A stretch of DNA of 59,242 bases, the filler included, from Diploschistes diacapsis (Eukaryota), in NCBI GenBank assembly GCA_023645945.1. It is 6 parts of 6 records of this genome, joined end to end, with 100 filler letters (N's around TTAATTAATTAA, not from the genome) between each part and the next. Parts side by side here need not be neighbours in the genome. Positions count along the whole stretch, not along the records: positions 19,821 to 29,607 come from JALAIB010000994.1; positions 29,708 to 39,493 come from JALAIB010000995.1; 4 more parts are not named here. One strand, given 5' to 3'. Made by a program: the position numbers and the translations under genes. This document shows, piece after piece, positions 24,531 through 36,838 of the stretch. How positions within the stretch are numbered: position 1 is the stretch's first letter; every line of letters begins with the position of its first letter. Below the pieces are notes generated by a model, which had not been told where the DNA came from, did no database searches, and saw only the letters and a program-made list of their open reading frames with translations.

Positions 24531-26914
24531 ATGACTGCTGTCGCATCTCCCCCCAACTTAGAGCCCTTGCCGCGCTTGGGATGGAATTCTTCTGAGAATG
24601 GAGGTCAGGGTGGTCTGAGTGCGGAGGACGTTTCTCGCATGTTCGTGCCGAAGAAAACCCCACAGAGTACGAGTTCGGCATCGTCGCTTTCCTCAACAAC
24701 TTCGGTGTCGTCGAAAACCCCGAACCCTACCGTCGCGATTGTTGACTCAAAGGTTCAAAAGGAGCCACCGAGTGCAGGAGAAGAGAAGGAGGGTTGGGGA
24801 GGACCATCGAAGTTCAGTCGGGGCTTCTGGCCGCAGTCGAAACCAGCGGTTGTCAATACCTCTTCAACTTCTGCTGTAGTGAACGGGCGATCTCAAGCTA
24901 ACGGAACGACCTTATCCAACTCAGCTGCTGTTCAGACAGCTTCCGCTCTCAGCCAAACTACTCCACTTGTCCCTTCCCAGAAGATGGTGCAGCCTCCACC
25001 GCAAACAAATGGCGTCAGAACGCCTGTGCCGCCCGCAGCAGGCTCTGATCCTCCTGCACTGCTTGTTCTCTTACCTATGAATGGAACCTTTGAGAGAAAG
25101 CAGATCAACGTTCCTCAATTCCCAGAAATCCTACGCATCGGGCGACAGACAAACGCTAAGACGGTTCCAACGCCCACCAACGGGTATTTCGATTCCAAGG
25201 TTCTCTCTAGGCAGCATGCAGAAGTTTGGGCGGATCGGACTGGGAAGATATGGATTCGGGATGTCAAATCATCGAATGGTACTTTTGTCAACGGGATGCG
25301 TCTTTCACCTGAGAGTAGGGATTCAGAGCCCCACGAGTTGCGCGAGAACGATGTTCTAGAATTGGGCATTGATATCGTAAGCGAGGATCAGAAGAGCATC
25401 GTCCATCATAAGGTCTCTGCCAAGGTCGAGCATGCCGGTATCCCGACGAATGCAGCGAGCGTGCTTGATTTGAATTTTGGGGACATAGAGCCTGGCTCAG
25501 GGGGTGCACTCTCCTTCTTGTCACCGAACTTACAAGCGAGAGGGCGCTTGGGGAGTCAAGGATCACACGGGTCAAATGGCCGTGGTCCTCCATATGGCAT
25601 AGGAGCAAATAATTTAGGCGGTTTTGGCGTACAAAGGCATATGGGAGCATGGCTAAATCCCGTTACTATTGAGCAAGTTGTGAAAAGACTAGCAGTGAGT
25701 GCATTCGAGAGCTTGGAATGATTGTTCTAATGTAGCTCCAGATTGAGCTTCGGCAAGCGAAACAGCAGTCGCAAGAGTTAAACCGCGCCGGCGATTTTGT
25801 TAGTGCGCTACTTCACAGCGAGCCTGGCCAAGGATTACCCAAACCGTACGCTGATCTTCTTCCCTCCGTGCCGGTCGTCAACGGAACATCACCCCAAAGG
25901 ATCGAGGTCCTGTCGCCCTTTTCTCAGCCACCCGCACCTCCGCCACAGTTCCCTCTGCCCAAAAAGCCCGATGTTGCACGTTCGATGTCGTCCGAATCTG
26001 GTATTGCATTAACTTCAAAGCGCAATGACGCGGAAAAGATCCAACTGCCCAATAATTTATCGCCTACGAGACTGGATTCGCCTTCGAGCCAAATTACGTC
26101 TTTAATGAGGGATTTGACGAGTGCAAGAATGGAAACTGACTCTCAGCGTAATCGCGTTAGGCAACTAGAAGAGCAACTGCAGCAGGAGAGAAGAGCACGC
26201 GAAAGTGCAGAGGAGCGTGCGAGGCATCTTCTCGACCGATCGAAAGTCGTTTTCAATGGGTCTGATGTCGCGGTCGCTCAAGATGATGCAGTAAGCGTCG
26301 CAAGCGATGATTCTCATATTACAACAATCCAGGGTCCCGAGGAAGCAGACGATGAGATTATGAAGAAGCCGACCTCTAACATAGTGGAATTGCAGAAGGA
26401 CAGCGGGAAAACCGACTCATCAGCCTCAACGTCAAAAGACCGTATCGATTCATTGTTGCGGGAGATGGAGCAGTTAAGAACACAGATGAAAAGTTACAAA
26501 GATCGTGCAGAGAACGCGGAGAAAGAACGAGAGACCCTCGCCGATATGGTGGAGCGCATTCGTCACCAGGGGGAATCAAAAGCCAAATCACGCGAAGGCT
26601 CTCTAAGAAAGAGACGCAGCAGCGATATGGCTACTCACACAGAACTTGCTCCTCCAAGAGCTAATGGTTCTGCCAATCCGGTAGAGCTCGCCAAGCATGA
26701 TGACGACCGCAATACTCTCCATGAAGCAAACGGTATAGCAGAAAACCCGAGAGTCCAGGCGAAACAGTTGCAGAGCGCAATCGCTCAAGCATTGGCGCTG
26801 CATAAAGACAATCGAATTTCGCAGTCTGCACCATACGCTTCTATGCTAGGGGTCTTACTTATTGGAGTCGGTCTCATGACATACCTTAATGGCTGGCAAA
26901 AGCTCGAGCGATGA
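24531..26914 (+). CDS. VPS64: FHA-domain, coiled-coil, tail-anchored protein Vps64/Far9-Far10 (SLMAP/PRO45/HAM-4; STRIPAK subunit)
   Basis: FHA motifs LRIGRQTN, FDSKVLSRQHA and DVKSSNGTFVNG. Coiled coils and a C-terminal TM (PYASMLGVLLIGVGLMTYLNGW). Intron 25695-25741. Confidence 0.9.
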
Positions 26915-29484
26915 AGCTAGAATTTACGAGTTACGTTCCTAGAACCAATGGGAACGCAGAAATTCGTCCCCTTTCTTGGCGCTCACGCTCGGTTAGATTA
27001 CCGCCTAGTGATGGCGGAATGCCAAGGAAAGACAGGGCGGAATCTCTGCACCCACTGGTGCCAGCGTCGGCGAGGTTGACAGTTTACATCCAGTCAATGA
27101 TCCGACCGTCATTACGGAAACTAATCCCTTATAATAACTTACTCCACCAACAGCGAATACACGTCTATAATTACTACCGCACGCTTCACAGCATTTTCTA
27201 TGTTTTACCACCCTGGTACCGGTGGAGCAGACTCGTCCTATCTCTGATCCTTACACCTTTGAGTCTCACATGCGATGGCTAGACGCCTCTATATCTACTA
27301 GTACGGTATGCGCCACAACTGTCACGCGTGCGTTAAACACCAAGATGCGTTGGCGTCAAACATCCTCCAGCCATCGGCAAAGAATTCACAGCACCCTCCA
27401 AAAGCGGAAGTTCTCATTTTGCCTTGGCAAATCTGGACTCGACCTTGATGTACTTTAATGTTAACAATCCTTGCGATATGCGACCTGATCATGTCACAAA
27501 GCCCACAGCCACCACCGCCACCAATTGTACATATCCGTTTGAAACACGCGAATACCAGGAAGTTGGAGGGAGTCATGGGGGTCATGCTACATGGTTTTTC
27601 CGATTAGACACGAGACGGCCAGGAACGGGCAGGAGCTCAAGCGTCCTCCGCTCTGCAACTGCGCTGGGCATGGTATCATGGGTGTAGGGGAGTTTTATGG
27701 TCTTGGATCGGTTGGTGGCTACGGGTCGGGGATGGGCGACTCGAGTCTGCTTGTACGTTAGCTCAGGTAATGAACCGTATCTGAATACACTGCACATAAC
27801 TACTTGATGTCTTCAAGATGCTGAGAAGCCTGCGAGGTCGTTGAAGTGCAGGACAGTTGGCGGTTTACTCAAGCTGACTATAGAAGCAGTGACAAAAGGG
27901 CCCACAGCATCGAAGAAGCCAGCAACCAGGAACGTTACACAAGAAAAAAGCGGGAGTGCTTTGGAACAGAGCAGGAGGAACGACTGGGGAGCGGCCGACT
28001 ACCTGAATTTCGAGTGGCGAATCTCTTTGTTTATCCATTTTGGGGGAAGCAAGCAGCATCAGGTCCCAGCTGTCATGGTCAGGATTAAAGTGCTGACAAT
28101 AGAGTCTACTCTTCATGCAGGCCCCGTTTCCTCATGCTTCGTCCTGGTGCCCTCTCACCTACTAAGGGAAGAGGCTCGATTGGCACACAACAGAATTGAA
28201 GGCAAAAGCTGCTTGATATATATATAATAAGAGGAGCGGCCCCCAGCCAAATTCTTTCAAAAAGACATCTACTTTTTGAACCCAGGGGATGGCCTAGTCA
28301 GGTCATTCCCTCTACGCTATAATGTTAGCTCCCTCCACGACGGGCAGATGTCCGCTTGCGTGCGTGTCTCCCTCCATCCTGTATACACGTTGTGGGTTTA
28401 TGCTGCTGTTCAACTCCAATCGATGACTGAAGTCTGCATACTTTAAGAACACCTAGGTAATCCAAGGGTCAACGTAAGTTTCATGTTAATCACGAGAGCG
28501 TCAGCATTTTATTAGTAAGGGGTGCCTATATAAGCCAGCATTCGTTGATTCCGTTCGTTTTTGCTTTTCCACTCTTTTCAATATCTTTCTTAATGTCCTC
28601 AATACTACCATTGCCACCTCTAACGATCCATATTCTCAACTACTCTGATGCTCTTTGCGCACTATTGAAAAAAGCTCACAGAACAGGCTTCATTGCGATT
28701 CTTCTCATTGGCCTTCTTGCTTCGGCAATGATCTATGGTGGCTTCCACATGGTATGCCTACCAAACAGGACATTGTCTTTTCACAAAGGGCTAATTTCTT
28801 ATGGGCTGCAGATACAAAAACTTACAACACCAGCACACCAAGTTCCCACGGTTTGTACCACTCTCATGATTGCTACTGATGTGGCGCCTACGGGGGCGGA
28901 AGGGAGACAAAGCCCCGGAGGGCTGGATACGCACGTGATTACTGAGATTGGTGGTAACGTCTACACTGGCGACTTCTTCATGAAACGAGACAGCACAGAG
29001 ATCCAATTTACCCACACATAAGCTGACACCGATCGAGGACTTAGTGACTGGAAATCGAGCGTCTTGGTACGATACTATCTCTTCGTTCGCGTGTTAAACT
29101 AACTGTATAGATTGCACACCCTGTAGGATACTCTGGTACTTGGAGGGAACAGACATGGTTGGATTACCGCCGGACACGGTACTAGGAATTAGAACTTATC
29201 TTTCGCCACCCCATTCGCTTGCGAGTGGTAGTTTTTCACAGATATATTCACCTTTTGCACCCGAAAAGGTCAACAACTTGGACTCCATCGTCTGTATGAA
29301 CCCTGGGTGTAACCAATAGAGGCCTCATCGCCGTCACAAAGTCAAAGCAGAGACACACACAAAATCATTCCGCCAAGAACCGGGGACGCTTCCCAGCGAG
29401 CAAGATACTTCAAGGTCCTCCGATCAACGGTTCTTTCTTGGATGCAGCATCATTTTCCTATGCGATGTCCCACGAGCGCCCACA

Positions 29485-29522
<38 letters not shown>

Positions 29523-29607
29523 CAACAGCGGCCCTCAACACTCAACCACAGCACCCAGGCCCACCTATCATCCCGCAAATCCCATATCTTCCCCCTCCAC
29601 CTCCTCC

Positions 29608-29707
29608 NNNNNNNNNNNNNNNNNNNNNNNNNNNNNNNNNNNNNNNNNNNNTTAATTAATTAANNNNNNNNNNNNNNNNNNNNNNNNNNNNNNNNNNNNN
29701 NNNNNNN
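29608..29707. other. Artificial contig linker
   Basis: N44-TTAATTAATTAA-N44. Confidence 0.98.
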
Positions 29708-30304
29708 CTGATTCGAATGGTGATATTTGTTTTAAAGGAGCGTGGGTGTAAAAAAACTTATAATAAACATCACTTGAAAGACCCGCAAAAAGGGCGTAAA
29801 GGCTAATGGTAAAATATATATTTATTTCGGTCACAATAACTGCTCTGCCAAGAGCGCCGTTGGTTATGCAGGCCGATTCCCCCGTCTTTACTCGCATCTC
29901 CATGCCAGCCCATTGAACATTTTCCTACTGTCAATAATAACTTCAAGATACCACGGTAGGTCAGTAGGGGCTTCAAGCCCTTGGACTTTAATTTCATGTT
30001 CCATATGTATTGCGTGGTGGGCTCAACTTGTGTTCCCGTTATGACTATCTACTCGTTAACCGAGCACTTTTGCGGGGGCGGTAGTCCATTGGCGCGGCAG
30101 ATACGTATACGAAGCACGAGCACAACAGATAGGTATGAGGACAAAAGTCTAAGCATGGCTGTTTGGTTTTGTCAGAACAATTCATTCCGTTTGTTTCATC
30201 TGTCTAGCAAGCTTCCCCAAACTTGAGTCAATGCATGCTCAATCTCTAACATGTTGCCTGGCCTGATACCATAGCTTGTATGTCGCACTTTCCATCCAGC
30301 GAAC

Positions 30305-30813
30305 CTAGTAGCCGGGGTTGTTGAATTGGTCGGGCTGGCCATACTGGTTGGGGTCGTACTGGTCGGCGTTCTGGCGCTGTTCGTAGTGTTGCTCGTACAT
30401 GTTGCGAGCGTTGTCCTTGGCCTGCTCGTGGGCCCTGATCTTGTCGTACTCGTTCATGCCGTGGGTCTCGGCGAGCTTGTCGACTTCGCCACCAACGAAG
30501 CCAGCAAGGAGCTCCTTTGCGAAGGCATGGTTAACAGTCTTGCCTGCAGGGATTTCAGTGGGAGGTCATGCGATGTCTACTCAGCAGACCAACCTTCGTT
30601 GCGTTGGTGGTTCTCGTAGACCCTGAAGCCTTCGAAGGCAGCAGCTCCGGCAACGAGCTCATGAGAGAACTTTCCCTTGTGCTCAGGGTTGTCGTATCCT
30701 CCATCGGCACCGTAAACCTGCTGAGCAGCGTCCTGAGATTCGCCTTACAGGGATGTCAGTTTGGATGATAAGCAAACCTGGTTCTCTTGTGGCTACTTAC
30801 CAAAACCGAACAT
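30305..30813 (-). CDS. cipC: CipC-like protein (DUF3759), 3 exons
   Basis: The minus strand splices to MFGF...HKGKFSHELVAGAAAFEGFRVYENHQRNEGKTVNHAFAKELLAGFVGGEVDKLAETHGM...QYDPNQYG. Confidence 0.9.
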
Positions 30814-32478
30814 ACTGACTGATGGTATGGGTAGATGAAGAGGTATCTGATCAAGAAGCTCGTTCGAAGTGGATGTGGGATTGACGCTTCGTTCGGTTAG
30901 GTTGCGGGATATGGTAGATGTAAGGTTGAGAAGAAGTCTGGAAGTTAGCTGGGGTTATATAGATTTCTAGTTTCCGTCATGGTAAATGCTATGCAGATGC
31001 CCCTCACCCATTCACTGCATTCAACTACAGTGACACACACCTGGGGAATGGGTAGATTGCTAAATAACAGAGACTTCAGACCCCACTTTCCAGGAACAGG
31101 CCGAATACACGTCAATCGGTCGAGACACACAGCATAGCGACTGCAGTCATAGAACGGAAACGAATAGACCTCAGTCTCACACTCACAACCCGGCCCAATC
31201 CCTTCTCTTGCAAGTTCATACAAGGCTTGAGGCAAGATACTGAATGCTAATAATGGTTACCTTACGCTCAGCTGGCTAAGGGAGTTCAGTTGTGATTGCA
31301 GTCAGCTGCAGTAGTAACAATCAAAGTGTCTTGCAGTCGTCAAGATTCACCTTAAGATACCTTGCATCCGCAGCATGAGCTCTCATACAAGGATGGCTAC
31401 TGGTCTGCACAATCTCAGCCCATCTGATTGGCATCTGGGCTCCCAGCTCGATCTTAAGGGATGGCGCATTGTCCTGCGGCTGCGCAAATGCTGGCAATGC
31501 TCGCATACTTAACTGACGCCGGCCAAGCGCCACGAACTGTCAGCTAGTTTCAAATAGCTATAACAAAACCGTTCCCGAACCATAGCTTTGGTAGATGTGC
31601 TTAAAACGGGCAGTATTGGCCGGTTATCAAGGTATCTCTCCGTATCTCAGACTTAGGCATATCCAGGGTACCTTGTCGATTCCCGGCTTCGCTGGTTTAA
31701 GGTAGCCAACGTTATGAATACGAATGGCCACAGTTGAAAGCCGTGCTTCGAAAGATAATTGTCATGCTATGCCTGTGAGGTTTCTGTATCTACCTGTTTA
31801 GGTAGCCAAATAGTTGCCAAATTTGGCTAGGCTCAGCTTAACGAGGCAGAAAGATCATGATCTTCCTCTCGTACACCGCAATTGGTGTTCTTAGGATAGT
31901 CATTTCATTTTCACGGTTTTGCTAGTAGATTGGACCTCGACTTGAACTATGCCGACACATCCAATTTCATTGCTCTATATCTAGAGGCTTTAATAACTTG
32001 CCAATTCACCCAAACTCGACTGAGGCAAGGCGACGGTAAGGAAGAGAATTTGTCGTCTGCTTTCAAGGACATAAAGAGCTTAAGTGTCCTTATCTAATCG
32101 GTTCTCATGTTTTCCAGCCTTTGTACATAGACATCCAGTCTACCACAAAGATATTGAAGAAGTCGTTTTTCACCTTTTTTGAGCTACAGAGCCTAGTTGT
32201 GGTGTAGCTTGTATATGCAATGGATTATAAACTGGTATATTTCAAGTTATCGTATATACACTAGACTAGCTAGCGAGCATATTATACGCGGGAGGGTAGG
32301 GTGCGTCTGAAGCATATTAGCAATAAGTCGTACCCATTTGGTCCTTATTATCCTAGTATCCAGTGGGTTTTTATTACCGTCTTTTGCGTTAACCCCTAAC
32401 AAGAAGGCTGCATCCACCGTTCGCTAGAAGGGAGTTCTACTAACAACTCGAAGGCCATATATGCCTGCGCGCGACTTA

Positions 32479-32584
32479 CAGTCAGGTGCCAAAAGTAGTT
32501 AGGTACACCATAAGCGGCAGTAAAGAGACAGTCAACTCTTTACTGCCGCTTATGGTGTACCTAACTACTTTTGGCTTAGTACTG
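32479..32584. mobile_element. 106-bp hairpin MITE of Tc1/mariner type
   Basis: Perfect 40-bp inverted arms (32488-32527 and 32536-32575) around an 8-nt loop. CAGT...ACTG ends. TA flanks at 32477-32478 and 32585-32586. Confidence 0.88.
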
Positions 32585-33068
32585 TATGATACCGGGCGTA
32601 CAACAACGATGCACAATGCTCGGTCATTGTATGCTCCCAGTGAAAGAGGCTCTTCTCAACATCGATATTCATTACCCAGATCTCGGTCGAATAGCAGTTC
32701 TAGCTTGTTCCGCTACGAAATTGGTTCCTCAGCCATTCAGAAGCCAAGCATGCCATAAACACACCACCCGCCAAGGGGCCTTGTGCAATGCTCAAGTCCG
32801 TGCATCTCACCTGAAGGAGAACATCGCTAATAAACCATACGGTTCCGAGCAATACAAGGGGGACTAATGATCGTTTCACTACTTGTAGGACATTAAACCT
32901 GTCGTATATACTTACCCCGACTACATTCGAAGTCATCGGCACTAGTAGTGGTAAAAAAGGTCAATGATTGCTATAATTTGCAAAGTTCCCTATCAGATAG
33001 CTCCATGAAATATTGCGGACACTCAAACCCATCCACATGCCTTCCTTCATGAATACCATGTCCGCATC

Positions 33069-33535
33069 CTAGCAAGTATATCGAACGCTATTTGCAGAGA
33101 ACCCGGAGACACAGGAAAGGTCACCAGCGGGCTTGCTAGATCCTTGACATCCGCTGTCAGAGTACAGAGTCACGCTTCCAGGTGCCAAATTCGTAACAAG
33201 TGCGGAGTCTGCGTTGGAGAGGCCCACGCAAGTGTTGCATTGGACGGTCACGGAGTTGGATATACCAGAGCCGCAAGACGAGCCAGACCAGTAAGACACC
33301 GCTGCCGGGGTTTCGCGAGATAGCAGACTGGCTGGAGCTGGAGCTGGAGCTGGAGCTGGAGCTGGAGCGGCGGATGAAATGGTGAGGAAGGCGGCGAGCA
33401 GAGTCAGAGTAGGCTACAAAGTTGATCAGTTAACAGGGGTTCTATAGGAGTGCAGCTTGGGTAAGAAAGTCCAATCCACAGCGAGGTAGGAAGGTGCATG
33501 GGGAAAGAAGGTGGCTGACGAACTAGGTAGACCAT
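33069..33535 (-). CDS. Small secreted cysteine-rich protein (~118 aa, 6 Cys), 2 exons
   Basis: MVYL, then intron 33414-33523, then PTLTLLAAFLTISSA (signal peptide), an (AP)n pro-region ending LLSR, and a mature domain SYWSGSSC...VTLYSDSGCQG...SVRYTC. Confidence 0.75.
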
Positions 33536-34507
33536 GATGAACGTTGGACCAGTGAATTGAATGTGGATAAGTAGGAAGATTCACTAAGATGAAAGCGTTG
33601 GGTAGAATCAAGGGGAAAGATGTATTTCTTGAGAGTCTCTGTTGCTATAACGGACACCATAGTCCAGTGGACTTAATGCTCATACTTATAGCCCTCTCCT
33701 CGATGAAATCTTTTCCGAGTCTTCTGATTGCAGTGATGAGGTTGAAAATCATTGGTCGGCATCATTGGTCGGCATCCATGACCATCTCTCAGAACCTCTA
33801 CAGCAAATCAAGGCAGCTTGTGGGATTGTGAATGAAGGACGGGACCACAGCTGCTTACCTAGGAGATTCACAGAGCAGGTAGAGTGACTCGGATGGACTG
33901 AGTCGGGCAAGATCGCCTTGGCCTGGTGTGACGACAGATCCTATGCAGCAGAATCATTCGTGCTTCCACCGTGGGCGTTCCTTGCATGACGGTAGAAAGG
34001 TGTTAGAGAGGTTAGAGAGGTTAGAGAGGGTTACAGCGCTTTCGAGCAAGCCCCGCAAGTTATAGATGCGATCTACAGCGGATAAGTCGCTTTTCGGGCT
34101 AGATGCGTAACTTTTGTTTTGTTTCCACAGCTCTGTATCATTCCCGCCTCATCGTGGCCGACATCGGTCTGTGGCCCAGTAGTAGAGGAGATGTTACTCT
34201 GACAGAGTACTGGGAAATTATCAGCGAAGAACAATTAAGGTGTGGTATGGCATCTGTCTCCTCTCTACTACTAACTACTACTACTACTTGTGTCATCATG
34301 CAGTCACGGAAGTCAGATAGAAACCGACCGGCGCTACAGGCTTGGCGACTTGAAAAAGCTTCTCTTCTCACGCATCATTACATAATATTATCATCAAATC
34401 ATCATAGCTTGTTGACAAGAACCTTGAGCTATGGTCCTTGCCATGGAAGACTCGTGAGCTAGGCCGTTGATCCCATTCCTTCTTTTTTCCCCGTATTCGA
34501 CGCCGCC

Positions 34508-35170
34508 ATGTCTCTTTCGCCCTCTTCGGCAGCCTCGCATCTCTTTCGTTCCTCTAACCGTCCATATTATTTCCCGAGAAACAAGCACACTGTGCGAAAT
34601 TTCCATCCTCCACGGATACCTGGTATCTGCAAGAACAAGCCTTTCTTGCCTATTCGCGTTTCATCGCCACACATAGAACGCACTTTCCAAGTTCCTGTAG
34701 CTCGGCGTTCCTTCCATGCCTCGCCGGCTGTTCGACATGGTCACCTCACCCCTCCCAAACTTGGCGAAGAGTACGCAGCAGTTCGCTCGTCCTCATGATT
34801 GGGTTGCTTACGGCGATGTAGGTTGACAGTGACGATAATTGATCAGCAATCCCACCCCCACAAATTCACGGTTGCGGCTGGCGATAACCTCCTCGATATC
34901 GCACAAGCCAACGAACTTGAGATGGAAGGTGCTTGTGGCGGTTCGTGTGCGTGCAGTACTTGCCACGTGATCGTCGAAGATAATGATTATTACGACAAGA
35001 TGGCTGAGCCCGACGACGACGAAAACGACATGCTGGACCTGGCATTTGGGTTGACGGAAACGAGCCGGTTAGGTTGCCAGGTGAAGATGAGCAAGGAGCT
35101 GGATGGACTGGTAGTGAAACTGCCGTCAATGACAAGAAACCTACAAAAGAGCGACTTCGAAAAGAAGTAG
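34508..35170 (+). CDS. YAH1: Mitochondrial [2Fe-2S] ferredoxin (adrenodoxin-type)
   Basis: GACGGSCACSTCHV, DENDMLDLAFGLTETSRLGCQ and an Arg/Ser-rich presequence. Intron 34771-34821. Confidence 0.95.
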
Positions 35171-35720
35171 AAAGGGAGCTGAGGAGAGTGTTTTCAAGAG
35201 CAAGCAAAACAACCTAAAGGCATATCTATGGATGATATGACTCACGACAATTCTCCTCTCCTATCCGTCTGCAGAGTCCGGTCGATCGCATTCAAAAGGG
35301 CGAGTTCGGGTATGGACCCGTGGCAAATAGCTTTGGATCGTCACATGCACTGGATATAGTTACGGTTGCATTCAATAACGAGGCAGCTGTGTGTATCTGA
35401 ATGCAAGGGCTACTAAAGATTCAACACTGTGTATCTCGAGGTCAGAGTTGTGGCATCTCGACTTTATACAGTTGATGTCCTACTGCAGAACTAGATGGGT
35501 GGGCATCGAGATCTGCATCGTCCTTGTCTCGAGTCATAGGTCTATCTTGAAGATTTTGCGAAGGACGTGCGTGATCTTGGAATCAGGGTCCGCTTGGGCG
35601 TGACTCTCGGACTCGAGCAGCCAAAACATCCTGACTGCAATACATATTCTGCAACGGGCGTACAGTAAGGTATCCTGGCTCTTGGAGCTGAGATGCAGCT
35701 TCCAGTAAGTACTCAAAAGT

Positions 35721-36079
35721 TGGTTTGACTCAGTAGCACTACCTGCTCCGCTCACTTCTCCATACGAATAATATAGGGCTGACAATTATTCTGCGTATAC
35801 GTTAAGTTAGGTCCCACATAAAATTGTATGTGTATTTGGATTTTATGTTATTTGCATAAATCACATACGCTCGTATCATGTGACAATAATCTCACTTTTA
35901 TTTATACACTTTGGAGCTCATTTTAAGAGCTTAATGTGATTTCTCGCGACATTGTTAGCTGTGACTCGTGGATGTAATGCATACAAATTACTAGGGGAGC
36001 CAGATAGAAGCTAAACTACTTGGTAGGCATATTATATGTGGAGAGTGAGCGGAGCAGGTAGTGCTCCTGAGACAACCAC
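35721..36079. mobile_element. Non-autonomous Mutator-like (MULE) MITE, ~360 bp
   Basis: Imperfect TIRs of about 50 bp (core agcactacctgctccgctcact at ~35735 and its reverse complement at ~36044-36065). 9-bp direct repeat ctcaaaagt at 35712-35720 and 36080-36088. AT-rich non-coding interior. Confidence 0.75.
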
Positions 36080-36838
36080 CTCAAAAGTCGTGGATACTAT
36101 ACCTAGGATAGAGCAAGGGAACAAAGATGCAGGAGCTACGTTGTACTGTTTTTCTTTTATATAATGCTATCCTGCCAGGCAAGAGCGATGTGCTCCGCAG
36201 CAAACAAATTGCATCCACAGACTTCTGAAAATATGTGGGTCGTTGGATGCAACTCGTATTCTAATTTTCATGGTGGTCAAAGATTCAAGGACCACCACCC
36301 ACAACAAACAACAAAACTCAGGGGCAGAATAAAGGTTGGCGCTGATTGGTGCACGCAGGGGGGTGACCTTTCACCCACAATTCATACGAAGTAATATTAG
36401 TCAGCGCTGACCGTAAAAGAACTCACTTTACTGGACGGACTGGGAAACATGAGAGATGGAATTCTGATGCTGGACCAATTGCGAGTCCGAGAAAGCAGCA
36501 TTTTGCCCCCCTTAATTAAATAAGCAGCACTGGCAACCCAAAGCAGTCTAGCATAGCCATAGCCCCCATAGCCTTTTCTTTTTTGCTCTTTCCCTTCTCT
36601 CGTCTTTGTGTCGTTCTTAACCCTCATCCCTCGTTCTCTCACCTTTCGTTTTCATACCTTCAACCTAACTGTTTTCCTCTACGGAACCCTTTTCTTTGCC
36701 ACGCTCTTTCAGCAGCATACAAGAAGCTTTTCCTTTTCCTTTTCCTTTTCCTTCCTGGCTTCTCTTCTAGCTGTAAACATACTGAACTTTTAATACTCCC
36801 CTTTTGCAAACAAGACGCCAATCAGCCTTTCGCTAAAC

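Noticed and set aside
28545..29191. Possible multi-exon membrane protein gene
   Set aside because: There is a hydrophobic stretch and some splice-like signals, but no recognisable family or confident model.
30326..30619. Hydrophobic 97-aa + strand membrane protein
   Set aside because: It is the antisense shadow of cipC.
34002..34033. Telomere-like repeat (GTTAGAGAG)3
   Set aside because: A 9-bp unit that is not TTAGGG, internal and very short.
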